From Spizellomyces punctatus DAOM BR117 (lineage: Eukaryota), in assembly GCA_000182565.2 (NCBI GenBank), contig KQ257461.1: a stretch of 64,000 nucleotides of DNA. The stretch is one strand, 5' to 3'. This document shows positions 1-12,588 of this stretch, one piece after another. A program made the translations under genes and the position numbers. The first letter of the stretch is position 1. Each line of letters starts with the position of its first letter. Under the pieces are notes generated by a model. That model saw only the letters and a program-made list of their open reading frames with translations. It was not told the origin of the DNA and ran no database searches.

Positions 1-268
1 TAAGACGAGCAAGTTTATCCGAATAGAGGGTCAGTGTTTCTCAACCTCGGCAGAAACTGGCGATGAAGAAGGGGATATTGCCAGATCCATTACATGTTCT
101 TGTGGGAGATGGTTGCTCCCATTTGACTGACTATATACACATATGCTAATTTCCTATTCGTCTTTGCTAATATCCGTTTAAATGGCCATCACCCATGGAT
201 ATACATGTTCTGCTGCCTATTCTTTGTCTTGTATGTCATCGTATCAAGTCTCAGTAGTGTAAAAGGCT

Positions 269-987
269 TCATTTGTCTGTAAATCGCATCGAGACAGAGT
301 TCACACAATGGCGTTCATCGGTTGGCGTCGGAAACCCTTCTCCCTTAAAGACATGACCTAAATGACCTCCACACTAAAAATATTTTAGGTAAGAAACTTG
401 AGATTTGGTCCGAAACTGTGTCCTTGAACATACATTCGAACAAACAATCTCAGTGCGCTCCATTCCATACGTATTGTCGACGTGACGGGTCACGGCACCG
501 GGTATGGCGTCTGAGACATATGCATGGTTTAGGTTGAAAGGTGAACACACTGTTAACGGAACAACACAAACCAACCAAAGAATGCTGGCCATCCACAACC
601 GGAATCAAACTTTGTGCTTGATTTATATAAGGGTGCATCGCATCCAGCACAATGATACACACCTATGGTGGTAAAATGTATGAACACTTTGGACGTACAT
701 TCAACAGCAAAAGTAAACATCAAGAGACATACCGTCCGCCTTATGCTTATTGTACTCTCCCGTTCCAGGTGCTTCGGTCCCCTTCTGCCGTAGCACGCGG
801 AATTGCTCGGGCGTCAACTTGACTCTCCACTAAAACGTAACGCTCAGGAAAAGAAGATAGATCAGACAAAACGAGCAACACTTACCTCTTGGTCTGTTTT
901 CGGTAAAGACATGGTAACAGTGCGGAAAAAGAAAGAACGGGTGAGAGGGAAGATGCGAGTGCGATGCCAGAGTGGTCGTAAAAACAT
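269..987 (-). CDS. MSRB: Methionine-R-sulfoxide reductase (MsrB/SelR family), spliced; upstream ATG 987 adds a presequence, second ATG at 912
   Basis: Exons translate to MSLPKTDQE / [29 protein letters not shown] / [29 protein letters not shown] / [26 protein letters not shown] / [26 protein letters not shown]. Two CxxC Zn motifs plus GCGWP and RHCVNS. GT-AG introns; stop at 269-271. Confidence 0.95.
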
Positions 988-1044
988 CACCAAAAGTGCA
1001 AGTGTCCCATTGCTTGTTCAAGTCAGCGACGTGGCTGATCGAGG

Positions 1045-1051
1045 TGAGTCA
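1045..1051. promoter_or_regulatory. AP-1/Gcn4-type bZIP site TGAGTCA upstream of MsrB
   Basis: Exact TGAGTCA about 60 bp upstream of ATG 987. A single 7-mer can occur by chance. Confidence 0.3.
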
Positions 1052-2880
1052 TGTCATTTACCTTTATTAGGTCATTATTACCCCACTCCCCTCCAGGCTT
1101 CAAATGAACGGCCAAGTCCTTCCTTGGATGTTTGGAATGAAGGTCTGCACTTTGATGGACATATTGATGATGTTGTATGGAAGGGGCATAACCCCTATAG
1201 TAGATTTGAGATCTGTTCTTTTTGCTGATCCAAGGAACCTGTGCCCATGCATCAGCACATTGTAAAAGGGCATCCTTTCTCTGCTTTTTTTTGGTATAGA
1301 CCAGCGACATCAAAGCGAGCGGGGGCATGCAAACAACTCATGAATACCCTAGGGTTCACCCATCGCTATGACGGAATGGTCAAGCATGTTGCAGAATGTC
1401 CGTGCAACTCGTTCTTCCATCCAAGGACATGCCCGAAACACAAAGATGACCAGTGAAGGCGCCGTTGACACAAAGTGCCCTGGAGGAATTTCAAATATCG
1501 GAGCAAGGTTATGCCGTCAGGCCTGACAGTGATGACGTCGGTGAAGCAGCCTTTGTAAGTCTGACGTTGTTCATCTTAGCCTGCCGCGGCCATGGGTTAA
1601 GAATAATTTAAAGACAGGGTGTCGAAAGTCTCCCCTCCTTTGCCCCAAATCTTGCAACCTTTCAAAGGTCCCTTTTCACCAGCATGTGTGTATCTTGTTC
1701 AACGGTAGTGCAACAAGTTAAGCATCCTTATTCCCGCTTCATTGGACAATATCGCTGCATTTCTCCGCTCATCTTTTTTCTGCTCTGTTTGCGGATATTT
1801 CTATTTGGAGGGATACGTCATTTGTCTCTGTCAAAAGTGGCAATCGGAACCTGCAGTGTAGGAGCAAAAAGAGGAAAAAAAAGGTAAGAGATGGCAACAT
1901 CAACAATTGAAATACTCGGCCGCGGCGTTGGGTTCCGTCGCGTTCAGCTTGTCTGCAAATTGCGAATGTTTTTTTACTGTCAAGCTGTGGGCGGTTTGCG
2001 ACTTTGCTGCTGCTGTACGAAATATTTTGTTTTCCTGTGGTTGTGCGCCTGTTGAGCTGTCTAATCGATAAAGGAAATTTCATGGCTAGTTGGGTATAGA
2101 AAAAGTCGTCGTGGAGAACGTGACATGCACACCTTGGGGCAATGGCGGATCTGCTACAAAATCCTTCAAATCCTTCCTATGATTGTTAAAAATGGTGGCG
2201 ATTGAAAACAGAAAAAAAACAAAAACTAGTTGGTCGTAAATACCCATGTTTTACGGTTTTTGTTTTATGGACAGCTGTTATATAAGTATTTAGCACACTC
2301 TAGTGTTCCAACTTAGTGTTTTAGAGGGGCGCGCGTAAATGCGTTAACTCGGAACCTCCGTTGGACGAACGTGTGCATTTACACAGCCACTGGCACTGTG
2401 AGCGTTTTTCTTTTTGGGGACTTGCGGGATTTTTGTTGTGTGTTGGGGTATTCGTAAGTTGTGGACGGGGAGAATGGGAGGAATTGGCTTTTTTTTTTAT
2501 TGTTACTTAAGGGGCAATGGCCAGCAATGCAATGTCGATTAATTGAACGGACACACTGGCATTAACGTTGGTTGGACTGTTTGACAGTGTCATGTAATCG
2601 CTGGGCATCAGCGGCTGCTGTTTTTTTATTTCTTTTTTCTTCTTCTTCTTGCATGTTGATTGCCCGCTGGTTCCGAACAGGCTATTCTTGACGTCAATAA
2701 ACTCCCCTCCCTTCCCTCTTCCAACTCTTCCAGTCCAACATTGTATTTTGGCTTGGTGATATTAACAAAAAAAATAGCCCTGTACCTGAACCTAACCGCT
2801 CTGCTCCGAACATTCATCAGTCATACTTTGCAATACTTGTGCCCATCATCTCTTTTTGTGACAGCATCAAGCAATTCTCG

Positions 2881-4756
2881 ATGGCGCCCCTCGTCCTGAA
2901 AGTGAAGGGAAACGAAAATGACTTTTCTCCTTTTGCCGAGCTGGATAATGATGACGATTTGGCCCGTGCTTGGAAAACGTGCTCCAAGGTAAGAACTTCT
3001 TTTCTATATATCTGGGATGAGCTTGCCAGCGGCCCCTAGGGAAATGCAGCCCATTTGTCTGCCATCATGCACATTTGTTCTCAACGTCCTCTCGGTGCCC
3101 TTCCATGTCAGGTCAAAGACACGCTCGAAAACGGCAATCGCCTCGAGAACCTATCATGGCGTCTCTGGCATCTCCATCAATCCATGTACAGAGCCAACGA
3201 CCTCAATTCAAGGCAGTTTCGAAAGATTTCGACCAAGGCAACCCGCAAGCTGGACGAGGCAGATGCGAAAGCGCCTGCATTGATTGGTCGACCAAAGGAC
3301 TTTGGAGATGTCCGCACGTGCAACACGTTTCTCGGCGTTGGCCACATGGAGTCGGCAGGTCTTTCCGCCCATCCTCTGCACGCTTCCCAACGTCCATCTC
3401 TTTACAATGTGGATGAACAAGCAATCCCTTCCATGCCGTCGCCCGAAACACCCGTCTTTGCATCAGCGATTGAAGTCGTCCAGTCATTGGGATCCGTAAC
3501 AGAAGACTGTTTTGAACTTTCCTGGGACGCTCTTGATGGGCATTCTGATGCCTTGTTTGACGAGTACATTCGCGATTCTACAACTGGATGGTCTGCATCA
3601 ATGATCGGATCCCCAAAGTTGGCCACGACGCCAGACATTTCCGATATGTTGCCGTCAACCTGGTCAGACACATCACCCATCTCTAGCACATTATACAACA
3701 ATATGACATCAACAAGCCCTGATAGCCTCAACAGTTCAACAACGGTGCCCATCACACAACCTGATGCATCCTATTCAGCGCACGAAAGGTCCCTATTGGC
3801 ATCAATCTTTTCCGACACATCTTTTACCCCCGTCCGTCCTGTGCAAGCCCAACAACCATCCATACTACCTACCTCTCTTTACCTCCCGGACAACGCCACA
3901 ATACCCACATCATCCAAACAAGTTGGCCAAAATCCTACCCCAGCATCCACACCACCTACATCGTCCGCACAACTCCCTGAACGCACAACCGCAACTTATC
4001 GTCCCCGTCCCGTTCCAACACCCTCAGCCCCACGCACGGTCCGCAACGTCGCATGCGCGGGAAATAGCGATGGAAAGCTCATGTGCGAGAACTGCGGTGT
4101 AACGTCCACTCCATTGTGGAGACGATCAGCCAATGATGAACTTTTGTGCAATGCATGCGGATTATAGTGCGTATTTAAAACCCTTCTCTCTTCTTTGATT
4201 TCAAACCGATGCTTACCTATCCCTTTCGCATAGCCTTAAATTACACAACACCAACCGTCCCAAGAACCTCAAGGCTTCCTCACGCAAAGAACAATCCGAG
4301 GAGGTCGTTCAAGCGGAATGCTACAATTGTCAAACAAAGACCACACCACTATGGCGACGTGACGATGCAGGGAATAATCTTTGCAATGCATGCGGATTGT
4401 AGTGCGTATTTCTACAATGCTGAAGCTACTGTCTTACAATTGTCTCTAACGTTCAGTTACAACTCTATAGTTTAAAACTTCACAACACGATGAGGCCCCT
4501 CTCCATGAAAACCGATGTAATCCGTAAACGACAACGATACGACAACGGCCTGCCTATTCGCAAAAAGCGAAGTAAAGGAAGCACGGAAATCCCGTCCGAA
4601 ACACTCAATTCAACTCCTACACTCATGTTCCCAGCCGTGAACAGTGTACATCCATCACCTCCCATGGAGGACTCGAATGAATTGTCGTTTTCGGCTAGCC
4701 ACAGTGGCTTGATGGGTATTCCGGCCTCGTTTGGCCAGACCCGGTATGCATATTAG
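2881..4756 (+). CDS. GATA transcription factor with N-terminal DUF1752 (RLENLSWR) motif and two tandem GATA zinc fingers
   Basis: ATG 2881 [10 protein letters not shown]; introns 2989-3111, 4167-4233, 4402-4470. [10 protein letters not shown]. Fingers [28 protein letters not shown] and [28 protein letters not shown] followed by [15 protein letters not shown]. Confidence 0.93.
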
Positions 4757-5130
4757 AGTTAGGGTCAGGCTGGATGGTCTAGGAAAGTTAGAGAAGTTGG
4801 CGACCTCCGCTGTACATATATATGGGAAGCTGGGTCTGTTGCATATAGTGCCTTTGGGTGGAATAGAATCAGATGTTGTAAAAAAAGTCTTGAAGTAGGT
4901 AGTCTTTGTTAGTTCCGTATGGTGTGCTGCGTAAACTGTACAGTAGACACTATTTGTAGACCTGTAACTCCCAGATAAAGAGGTCATGTTTATGATTCGG
5001 TCAATTAGAAAACCACATCTATTTGCCAGAAATCACATTAAAAAAAACACAATTATACAGTATCTACATGAGTATCTGTTGAGTTTACCCACACCGTCGT
5101 GATTAACCATGATCCAGCCCTGCCAGAACC

Positions 5131-6351
5131 CTAACTCGACTGAACGCCGACCTGTTTCACTTCCTCAAAGAACGGATAATCAACATACCCCTCGGCCCCA
5201 TTCGTGTAAAAGGTAGGACGGTGATATTTATTCAACGGCAAATCCTTTCTCAAGCGCTCGACAAAGTCCGGGTTGGCCAGATACCAACGTCCAAATGCCA
5301 CCAAATCCGCGTATCCAGATTGAATTGCTTCATTAGCGTTCTCTTTCAAATATCCACCGGCGACCATGAAATTTCCTTTGTAAATGTCACGAAAGGGTTG
5401 GAGTTCACGGGCGTGCGATGCATCAGATTTATCTTGGTTACCATTGATACGGGGTTCGACAAGATGAACATAGGCGAGGTTGAACTTGTTGACTTTTTCT
5501 AGGACGTAGGAAAAGAGAGCTTCCGTGTTACTTTCGCTCATGTCACCAAATGTTCCCCATGGCGCGAATCGGATTCCGACACGACCGGCTTCACCGCCTA
5601 CACCTTCAATAGCAGCTTCAATGGCCTCAATGGCAAACCGTGCACGGTTTTCAATTGATCCGCCGTACGCATCCGTTCGTTTATTGGTGCCGTCCTGAAG
5701 GAACTGATCAATGAGGTACCCATTGGCACCGTGCAGCTCGACACCATCAAACCCAGCCCGACGTGCCCGCCGAGCAGCTTCTTTGTAGTCGTTGAGGGTG
5801 CGCCGTATCTCATCAATTGTCATTGCATGTGGTGTTGGCGCTTTTTCCATTTTGCCGGTTGGGAGGTATACATTAGTGTTTGGCTGTACTGCCGAGGCGG
5901 AATGAGGTAATTCGTTGTTGGGCATAAAGGCGGGATGGGATTGACGGCCAACGTGCCTATTTGTGTTCAAACCAAATGAGCATCTGCAATAAGTATGGTA
6001 CCAAAAAGAAATCCAGATTTTACAAAGGGTAACCTACCACAATTGCATAAAGAATATCCCCTTCTTTGCATGTACCCTTTTAACAATCTTCTTCCACCCA
6101 TCCTCCATTTCATCCGTGTAGATCCCAGGCACATTAGCATACCCATGTCCATACTTGCTAATAGCAGTGCCTTCTGTAATGATCAATCCACCCTCATTCG
6201 ACCGCTGCTCATAGTATTTGGCCATGAGTTCGTTGGGAATATTGGCATCGATGGCTCGGTTTCGGGTCAAAGGTGCCATGACGATGCGGTGAGCAAGTGT
6301 GATTTGAGGAGATAACCGGAGTGGTGCGAATAGAGATGCTTTTCCGACCAT
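5131..6351 (-). CDS. Old yellow enzyme (NADH:flavin oxidoreductase)
   Basis: HRIVMAPLTRNRA, QLWHVGR (across intron 5957-6037), AGFDGVELHGANGYLIDQFL, NKRTDAYGGSIENRARF, C-terminal FYT...GYVDYP. Confidence 0.96.
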
Positions 6352-6619
6352 TTTTTTGTTGTTGTTATGCTGTGATGATTATTGACAAGTGATGAAAGAG
6401 ACTGCTTTTTTGTGGTTGTTGGATTGGAGAGGAAGGACAAAGCTGTCGTTCTCCCATTTTTATAGTGTCGCTGATGATTATTCCTCATGGTTTGAAGATT
6501 ACAAATCCACAAGTTTTTATTAGTGTGGAGGTGATTGAAAATGGCACTAGGACCCATTATTATCCGGATTAATCCAGTTAATCATATCGCATAATCAGCA
6601 CCCCCATCTATCGCTCAAA

Positions 6620-6725
6620 GCGGTGAGGCATGCATGCTAATGTTCTCCAAACTGCGGTGTGGCATGCTAATGTAACTTTTTCTTTTTCAAATTGCGGTGA
6701 GGCGCATGCTGAAGGTCTATAAAAA
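6620..6725 (+). promoter_or_regulatory. Triplicated GCGGTGWGGC..ATGCTRA motif followed by a TATA box
   Basis: Copies at 6620-6642, 6654-6672 and 6694-6714; TATAAAAA at 6718-6725. Confidence 0.6.
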
Positions 6726-6818
6726 GGGGGCCTTTTGCTGTCTCTCCCCTTCCTCACCAGTTCCTCGACTCTCAAACCATCTGCGCAACTCTTCTCATCG
6801 CGACTCTCAAGTCCAACC

Positions 6819-7117
6819 ATGAGAATGCAGATGTGGTGGTGCCGAGGACCTCGCCCTCCCGACAACAACAACAACAACATGACCCCTTGCAAACGCTGCT
6901 ACTACTATATTGCTACGATCGCAGGTATTTCTTGCTGATTTTCCCACGTGTATTCCCAGTCCAATTCTGATCTACCTTAGTATCTGAACATCCTCCGACT
7001 AAAGAATTTCGGAATCAAGGGCTTAGTAGGATTTCTCTCGTGGTGGTGGGCTTAGTTACCCGGTTAGAAACAACCGTAGTATGTTGCATAATAACATGCG
7101 CGTTACTTGTCGTTTAA
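6819..7117 (+). CDS. Candidate 80-aa spliced small protein of unknown function
   Basis: ATG in caaccATG context about 95 bp after the TATA box. Intron 6925-6980 (GTATTT...CTGAT...TTAG) joins to an exon that stays open to TAA 7115-7117 and ends in a hydrophobic tail. Confidence 0.45.
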
Positions 7118-8363
7118 GAGTTTTTGTAATTCAACATTTTCAAATTCAAGCACAAGGTCATCTATCCAGACTGAAGACGGAGACGCACATTCACATCTCA
7201 ACATCAACATGGTATTCAAAATACAAAAAGATGAAAGTATGTCGTTGCTGATGAACCATGAAAATAGGGTGGACCACGACAGGGATGGGACATTGGATCA
7301 AAACCGTGATTTGAGCAAAAACTAACAAGGCAGAGTTTCTAACAATGTCGATGCTGGCATATCCTATCAGATATTGATCCTAATACTATCGGGCTGTGTT
7401 CGCCCCTTTCCCAATATACAGCCTCCACCTCCTCCTCCTCCTAAGCCCCTCCAACATTTTACAAGCCACCACCCATTAAAGACACCGTGCACCCGTACGC
7501 ACAAAAACATTAAATATGGGCGGGTGGCCAAAAAAAACTAAAGAAAATCTGCCACTTTAATATTCTACAACGTGCTACCTGATGCAAAATCCATCATAAT
7601 ACAAATTCATGCCACAGCAAAGCGTGTATGACGATCTGTTGAATAGTATTTCCAGAACGTATTTTTTGCTCATCTGAGGACTGAACATTGTCCCAGCCAC
7701 CTGCAATGGGATTTGTCTGGACCCATATTGAATGTTTGTAAACGCATGTCCTCCTGGCAATTAATCGTAAATTGCTTTGACTGAAAATGTTTTAATTTTC
7801 AAGTACAGGGTCGGACCTCCTTGGATGGGGTTTCCCCCCCTTTGTGCGTTCGTTTGCAACTTGTCTCCTGTGCGGTGGCCTCCCGCCAACTCTCCTCGCT
7901 CTTTTGTTACCCGGTGATTGGTAAGAGGTAATTAAAAGGATACATACACGTGCCAGCAGGTGGTATCACAGAATAAATCGGGGGAATCTTGTGGTCGGAA
8001 TCCCGGCACGTGCATGATTCCACTGATGACATAACCTTAAACTAAAATCGCGCGTCGGAGTTTCAAAAGTTGGCGAGTCTCCGTATGCGCAGACACACGA
8101 CGCGCACTTGATCCGCCGAATTTTCAACAGATAGAAATATCAAAAAAATATTCAACATACAAATAGTAAAAAAAAAAGAACAAAATTAAAACAGCAATGA
8201 AAGACGGGTATAACCCAAAATCTCCAACCCAAAACCAACCACAATAAACTACCAATTGCAGGCCTACGCTAGTACGTCCCATTCAGACCAAAATTGATCC
8301 CACAGAACAGTTACCCGTCAGGCCGACTCCAGTCTGTCACTAATCAATGATTATGCCCAAAGA

Positions 8364-8381
8364 CCCCCCCCCCCCCCCCCC
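8364..8381. repeat. Poly-C homopolymer (~18 nt)
   Basis: Direct reading; lies downstream of the Zn2Cys6 gene stop codon. Confidence 0.85.
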
Positions 8382-8535
8382 GCTTTTTTGACACTATGTA
8401 GTTTAAATAAAAAAAAGACTATGTGCATGAATGTGCGTCGACCGACATGCCAGGCTGTCGCGGTCGACAGCGGCAAGAATAAATTAATTTGTGTACACGA
8501 AGGTTCGCGGTGCCGTGATATCATCGTGCGGATAC

Positions 8536-10233
8536 TTAATCATCCCTTCGACCGTGCAATCTTCTTCGGGATTGCACAGGAGGAGCAAAAATATTGAGAG
8601 GGGACACATAGTGTCTATCCGGTGATGTTCCATTCTTGGAGGCCTTCGACGTTAAAGGAGTCGCAAGGTACGCTGCGGTGCGGTTCGACGCATTTGGTGT
8701 GAACTCGCAATCAGAATCGTAAAGAGAGGAAGGAGCTGGGCTTGAAAGGTGCTCAAAGGACATGGGCGACGAACAAGAGTATTCATTAAAGGAAGAAGAT
8801 CGAGAATATTCAGAAGACGACGGAGACCATTCGTTCCCACTGTCTGTAACCATCCAGGAATTGTTAAAATACTGTTCCTACAGATGATACCAAGCGACAC
8901 ATACTGACCGCTAGCAGTCTCCAAACGGAAGTCATTGTTATTCTTTTTGCCGTAGTGCCCCCGCCTCACACTCTTGGGCCGCTCTTTGCGCGGAGCGTCA
9001 AGGCAAGAGTCCGCATAACCCATTCGACAGCATCGGGTACAAGGACGAAGATTGTCACACTTTTTGCAAGCCTTCTTACAGTGGATGCACGCAATCTTGC
9101 ACTGCTCACGACGAGTTTCGGCTTTCTGGCGGATCTTTTTTTGAGCAGGCATATCGGGATCTACATTCTCTTCGTTCTCAACATCGCTCACGGCAGCCTT
9201 TCGCTTGCGAGCTTTAGGTTTTGGCGCTTCCGCGATGGGTTCGGAAAGCAGTGAGCTGTGAGACAAGCGACGACTGGTGCGAACAGGCGCTGGTGTGTAA
9301 TCCGCACCAAAGGCGTAAATCTCAAACTCGTTATCGTCCTCCGGTGTAGCCAGACCATGGAAAGGAGGCTGAAAATCAATGGGCGACGAAATGTCTGCCT
9401 GGGTGAAGTCTGAGGAAGGGCATGACAGATCTGTATAGCGCGGCTCGTCATCGAACTCGTCTTGGAGAATAGAGTCCTGCGAGCCAAATTCTTCGTCTGC
9501 ACCGACGCCAACGTCTGGACCAAGACTGTCCAAGAAATCAAGCGACGTGGAGTGCAAAAGTCGCGATTCCATCTCCGGCAGGAAGCTAGCGGGAGCTGGC
9601 CGCGATGGGGATGTGGGAATACCGCAGGCCTGCAGCGCCGTTACCGTCTGTTTGGCGTGATCTTGAAGATGCCCTTGAGAGTATCCCAAATCAAAAATGA
9701 AGGGCATATCTCCCAGGGGAATTGGAGTTACGGCAGCCAACGGCGCCTGCCCGAGTCGCTCGGGCGATTGTTCTAGCGTAGAGATATCAGTCGTGGCCAG
9801 AGGTGCAACGACTTCTTGCTCAGCGGCAGACAAAACGTCTTGCCCAAACATGTCTTGCATATAAGCACCAAGGTTGAGCTTGGAGACATCTACGTAAGGG
9901 TTGGGCTTGTATACGCTCGGATTGTAGGCATACTGATGAAGGCGCATGATCTGTCAAGAGAGCAAGGAACGCATAAGTCAAAGGTCGGATTTCATGCACC
10001 CTGGGGTACTAGGCAAAAAATACGCAAAGCGCGTCGCGTGTGGGAATTTATTATCAGACCCTGGGGTAGTAGGCCCCATCTGGATCTCGACATCCGGACA
10101 TTGTGAAGCAGCGGACTTGCACTCTTTTAGCAAGCAAACGCACACATTCACAAAAGCACACAACAAGAGAAAAACAAAAACAACAGATGCACACAAAAGT
10201 ACTTACCAAGTCCATGTCGCACATTCCGGCCAT
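8536..10233 (-). CDS. Zn(II)2Cys6 zinc-cluster transcription factor
   Basis: Exon 1 MAGMCDMDL (10233-10207); intron 10206-9951; ACIHCKKACKKCDNLRPCTRCCRMGYADSC followed by basic RKERPKSVRRGHY; second intron ~8908-8845 leads to a Ser-rich last exon. Confidence 0.88.
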
Positions 10234-12470
10234 GTTAATTTCGCTGGTCGATTGAGTTCCAACAAGCATGATTGAAACGTTCTACTTTCAAACCAGCGCG
10301 ACTATGCGTTCAAGGTAAAAGTGTAGGAGTAAAAGTCAAGTTGCAAATGTTGATGTGCACGTTCCAGATGGTGAGAGATGTCGCTCAAAGATGAATGTTC
10401 CCACGCAGATGGCAAGAGCACTTTTGAGGTCGTAAGCGTGTTCTTGAGAGCTGGTCTTGTCTTAACGGAAGCCTTTATTGTTCAGTTGGTTTTGCCCATG
10501 CGGATGGGGTATCTGACAGTTGAAAGGGACGAGTGTCGGGCGCGCCACACAAAAAGAACGCTTTTGGCCCGAGTCGGTCTTGTCTGTGTGTGTATCTTGC
10601 AGCTAGCTTGGAGAAGGCTGTGTGTACGACAGAGCACACAAGAGCAGATACTGTCCGGGAGGAAGAAAGAACGAGTGAGCAAGAAGTGGGAGAGAGCAAG
10701 GAGCTGGGGGGGGAACGACGACGACAAGGAAGAAGAAAAAAAACGGGTTTTTTTTAATCGAGGTGCTAACCCAATGATGAAACAACCAAAATCGGCCAGC
10801 GACCTTTTTGTATCTCTGGGAGGGAGAGAAAGAAGAAGAAGCTAAAGGGGAGAGAGAGGGAAAAGCGTTGTCTACAAAGGGCCAAGAAAGTTGGAGAGAG
10901 AATAAGGAGACAATCTTGCACGAGGGCGTTCCCCAGGGCCGATTACCATCGCCAAAGAAGGTTTTTTGGACAAAAGAAACTGTAAAGTCAAGGGAGTTGT
11001 CCGAAAGGCAAAAAGCTGTGGAAGGCAACCTGTTCGCCCTGGTTAGTAAGTGTCGCCAGGAGGCAAATACGGTTGTTGCGTTCATTATTCTTTTTGTTCC
11101 GTGTGTGCGCGATGGATTCAAAAATGGCATTTCCAACGCCAGACACTCGAATGGAATGTGGAGAGAGAGAGAGAGGAGACAAATGGCAGGAGAGACAAGA
11201 CGAAGAGAAGGAGAGAGAGGCAAATTGTGGAAAAAAGACAACTCTTAAAGGAGGTCTATCTTACAGGAATTCCTTCCTTTTACAGTTACATGACATGCCA
11301 TATATAGTTATATGATGGCCAATACCATGGTTACTTCATACGGAGAGAACTAAGCTCATCATATTGCCTTTCGACTAACCAGGGCCTATTGAGCTTCTAC
11401 TAACTTTTTGTGTTTGTCCCTCCCTTGTGCATTTTTATATATGATATATATGCAATTTCATTGTCGTCGTCGTCGTCGTCTTTGCTCGTTTTTGGAGGAG
11501 TAACAAAAATATAAAATGACAGTTGAAGTGGTTCCAACGATTCCTACCTCGCAAAGGCTTTTGCAAACCCTGCAAACAACAAACTACGCCTGAGTCCGTT
11601 TTGATACCCATATGGATCTTTCCTACTAACAAGACTAACGCGTGCGTGTTTTTTAGGGAAAGGGTTTCACTTTGTGCCAAAATGCATCTACTAACTTACT
11701 ACGCTTTGGCATGGAACTGGAACCACAATCAGAAAATGGCAAAATGCCCATCCTGTCTGTCATCATCATCTTACCATTTTTATTTTTTTTTCTGCGATGG
11801 TGACAGACCGCCCCCAGGGTCCTTGACCTTTATCTTGGCCGTGTTTCGTACAACTGGCACGATGCATCGGATGAGATCACAGTCCGCAGCGTTCGGACAA
11901 GCCCACATGCAGCTGAGAAACGCTGATTCTCCGTCAACACGGCATGATTCGTTCTTACGACTAATGATGATGATAACAGTTCTTATGGAAACAATGCTGC
12001 GGAACCATCTCCTGCGTCGCCCGTGGGAAAACGAACCTAGGTTCCATGTCGTTTGGTGCATCCGTCCTCGCACACGGACGCCTCCGAGTTGGTGGAACAG
12101 GAGCAAAAGGCCAGAAGTTTACCCATCGGATATCCATCTTTCTCGCAATCCCACACTTTTCATTTTGAAGCCTTGTTCGTGGGTCCAGATAAGACGACAT
12201 TGCCCCTCATGGAAGCGAACCCGCCCTAAATTCTCGACTTGCAAAGGTTGATCACTTTTTCTCACGTTGGTCTCCTCGTCCCTCTCGTTGTTGAGGTTCC
12301 GTGATTATCAATACCCCTCTCAGCCTGCATAATAATCTCGTCTCAGAAGACGGCAAGGAAGAGAGTTTTTCGTTCGGTCGCGAATTCATTACCCCTGCAG
12401 GGGGAGCTTTTTATATGATTGCATGTAAGCTGATATAGACTTGTATTCCTTGGCCCCCAACGTTATTGTA

Positions 12471-12542
12471 TCCGCATTGGTCCAGTGGTTAGGATTCCGC
12501 GCTCTCACCGCGGCGGCCGGGGTTCGATTCCCCGATGCGGAA
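12471..12542 (+). tRNA. tRNA-Glu (anticodon CTC)
   Basis: TCCGCAT acceptor stem, D arm TGGTCCAGTGGTTAGGATT, anticodon arm CCGCG-CT-CTC-AC-CGCGG, T loop GGTTCGATTCC; T-run terminator at ~12563. Confidence 0.96.
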
Positions 12543-12588
12543 TCAGGATGCTCTACCGCATATTTTTTTGTCGCCTTTCCCAATATTC

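Noticed and set aside
269-373. Selenocysteine in MsrB
   Set aside because: The catalytic codon is TGT (RHCVNS), not TGA.
1023-2083. Several short ORFs between MsrB and the GATA gene
   Set aside because: No recognisable motifs or consistent splice model; probably intergenic.
10378-12251. Overlapping ORFs of 150-240 aa upstream of the Zn2Cys6 gene
   Set aside because: Arise from purine-rich or low-complexity promoter and UTR sequence; no domain evidence.
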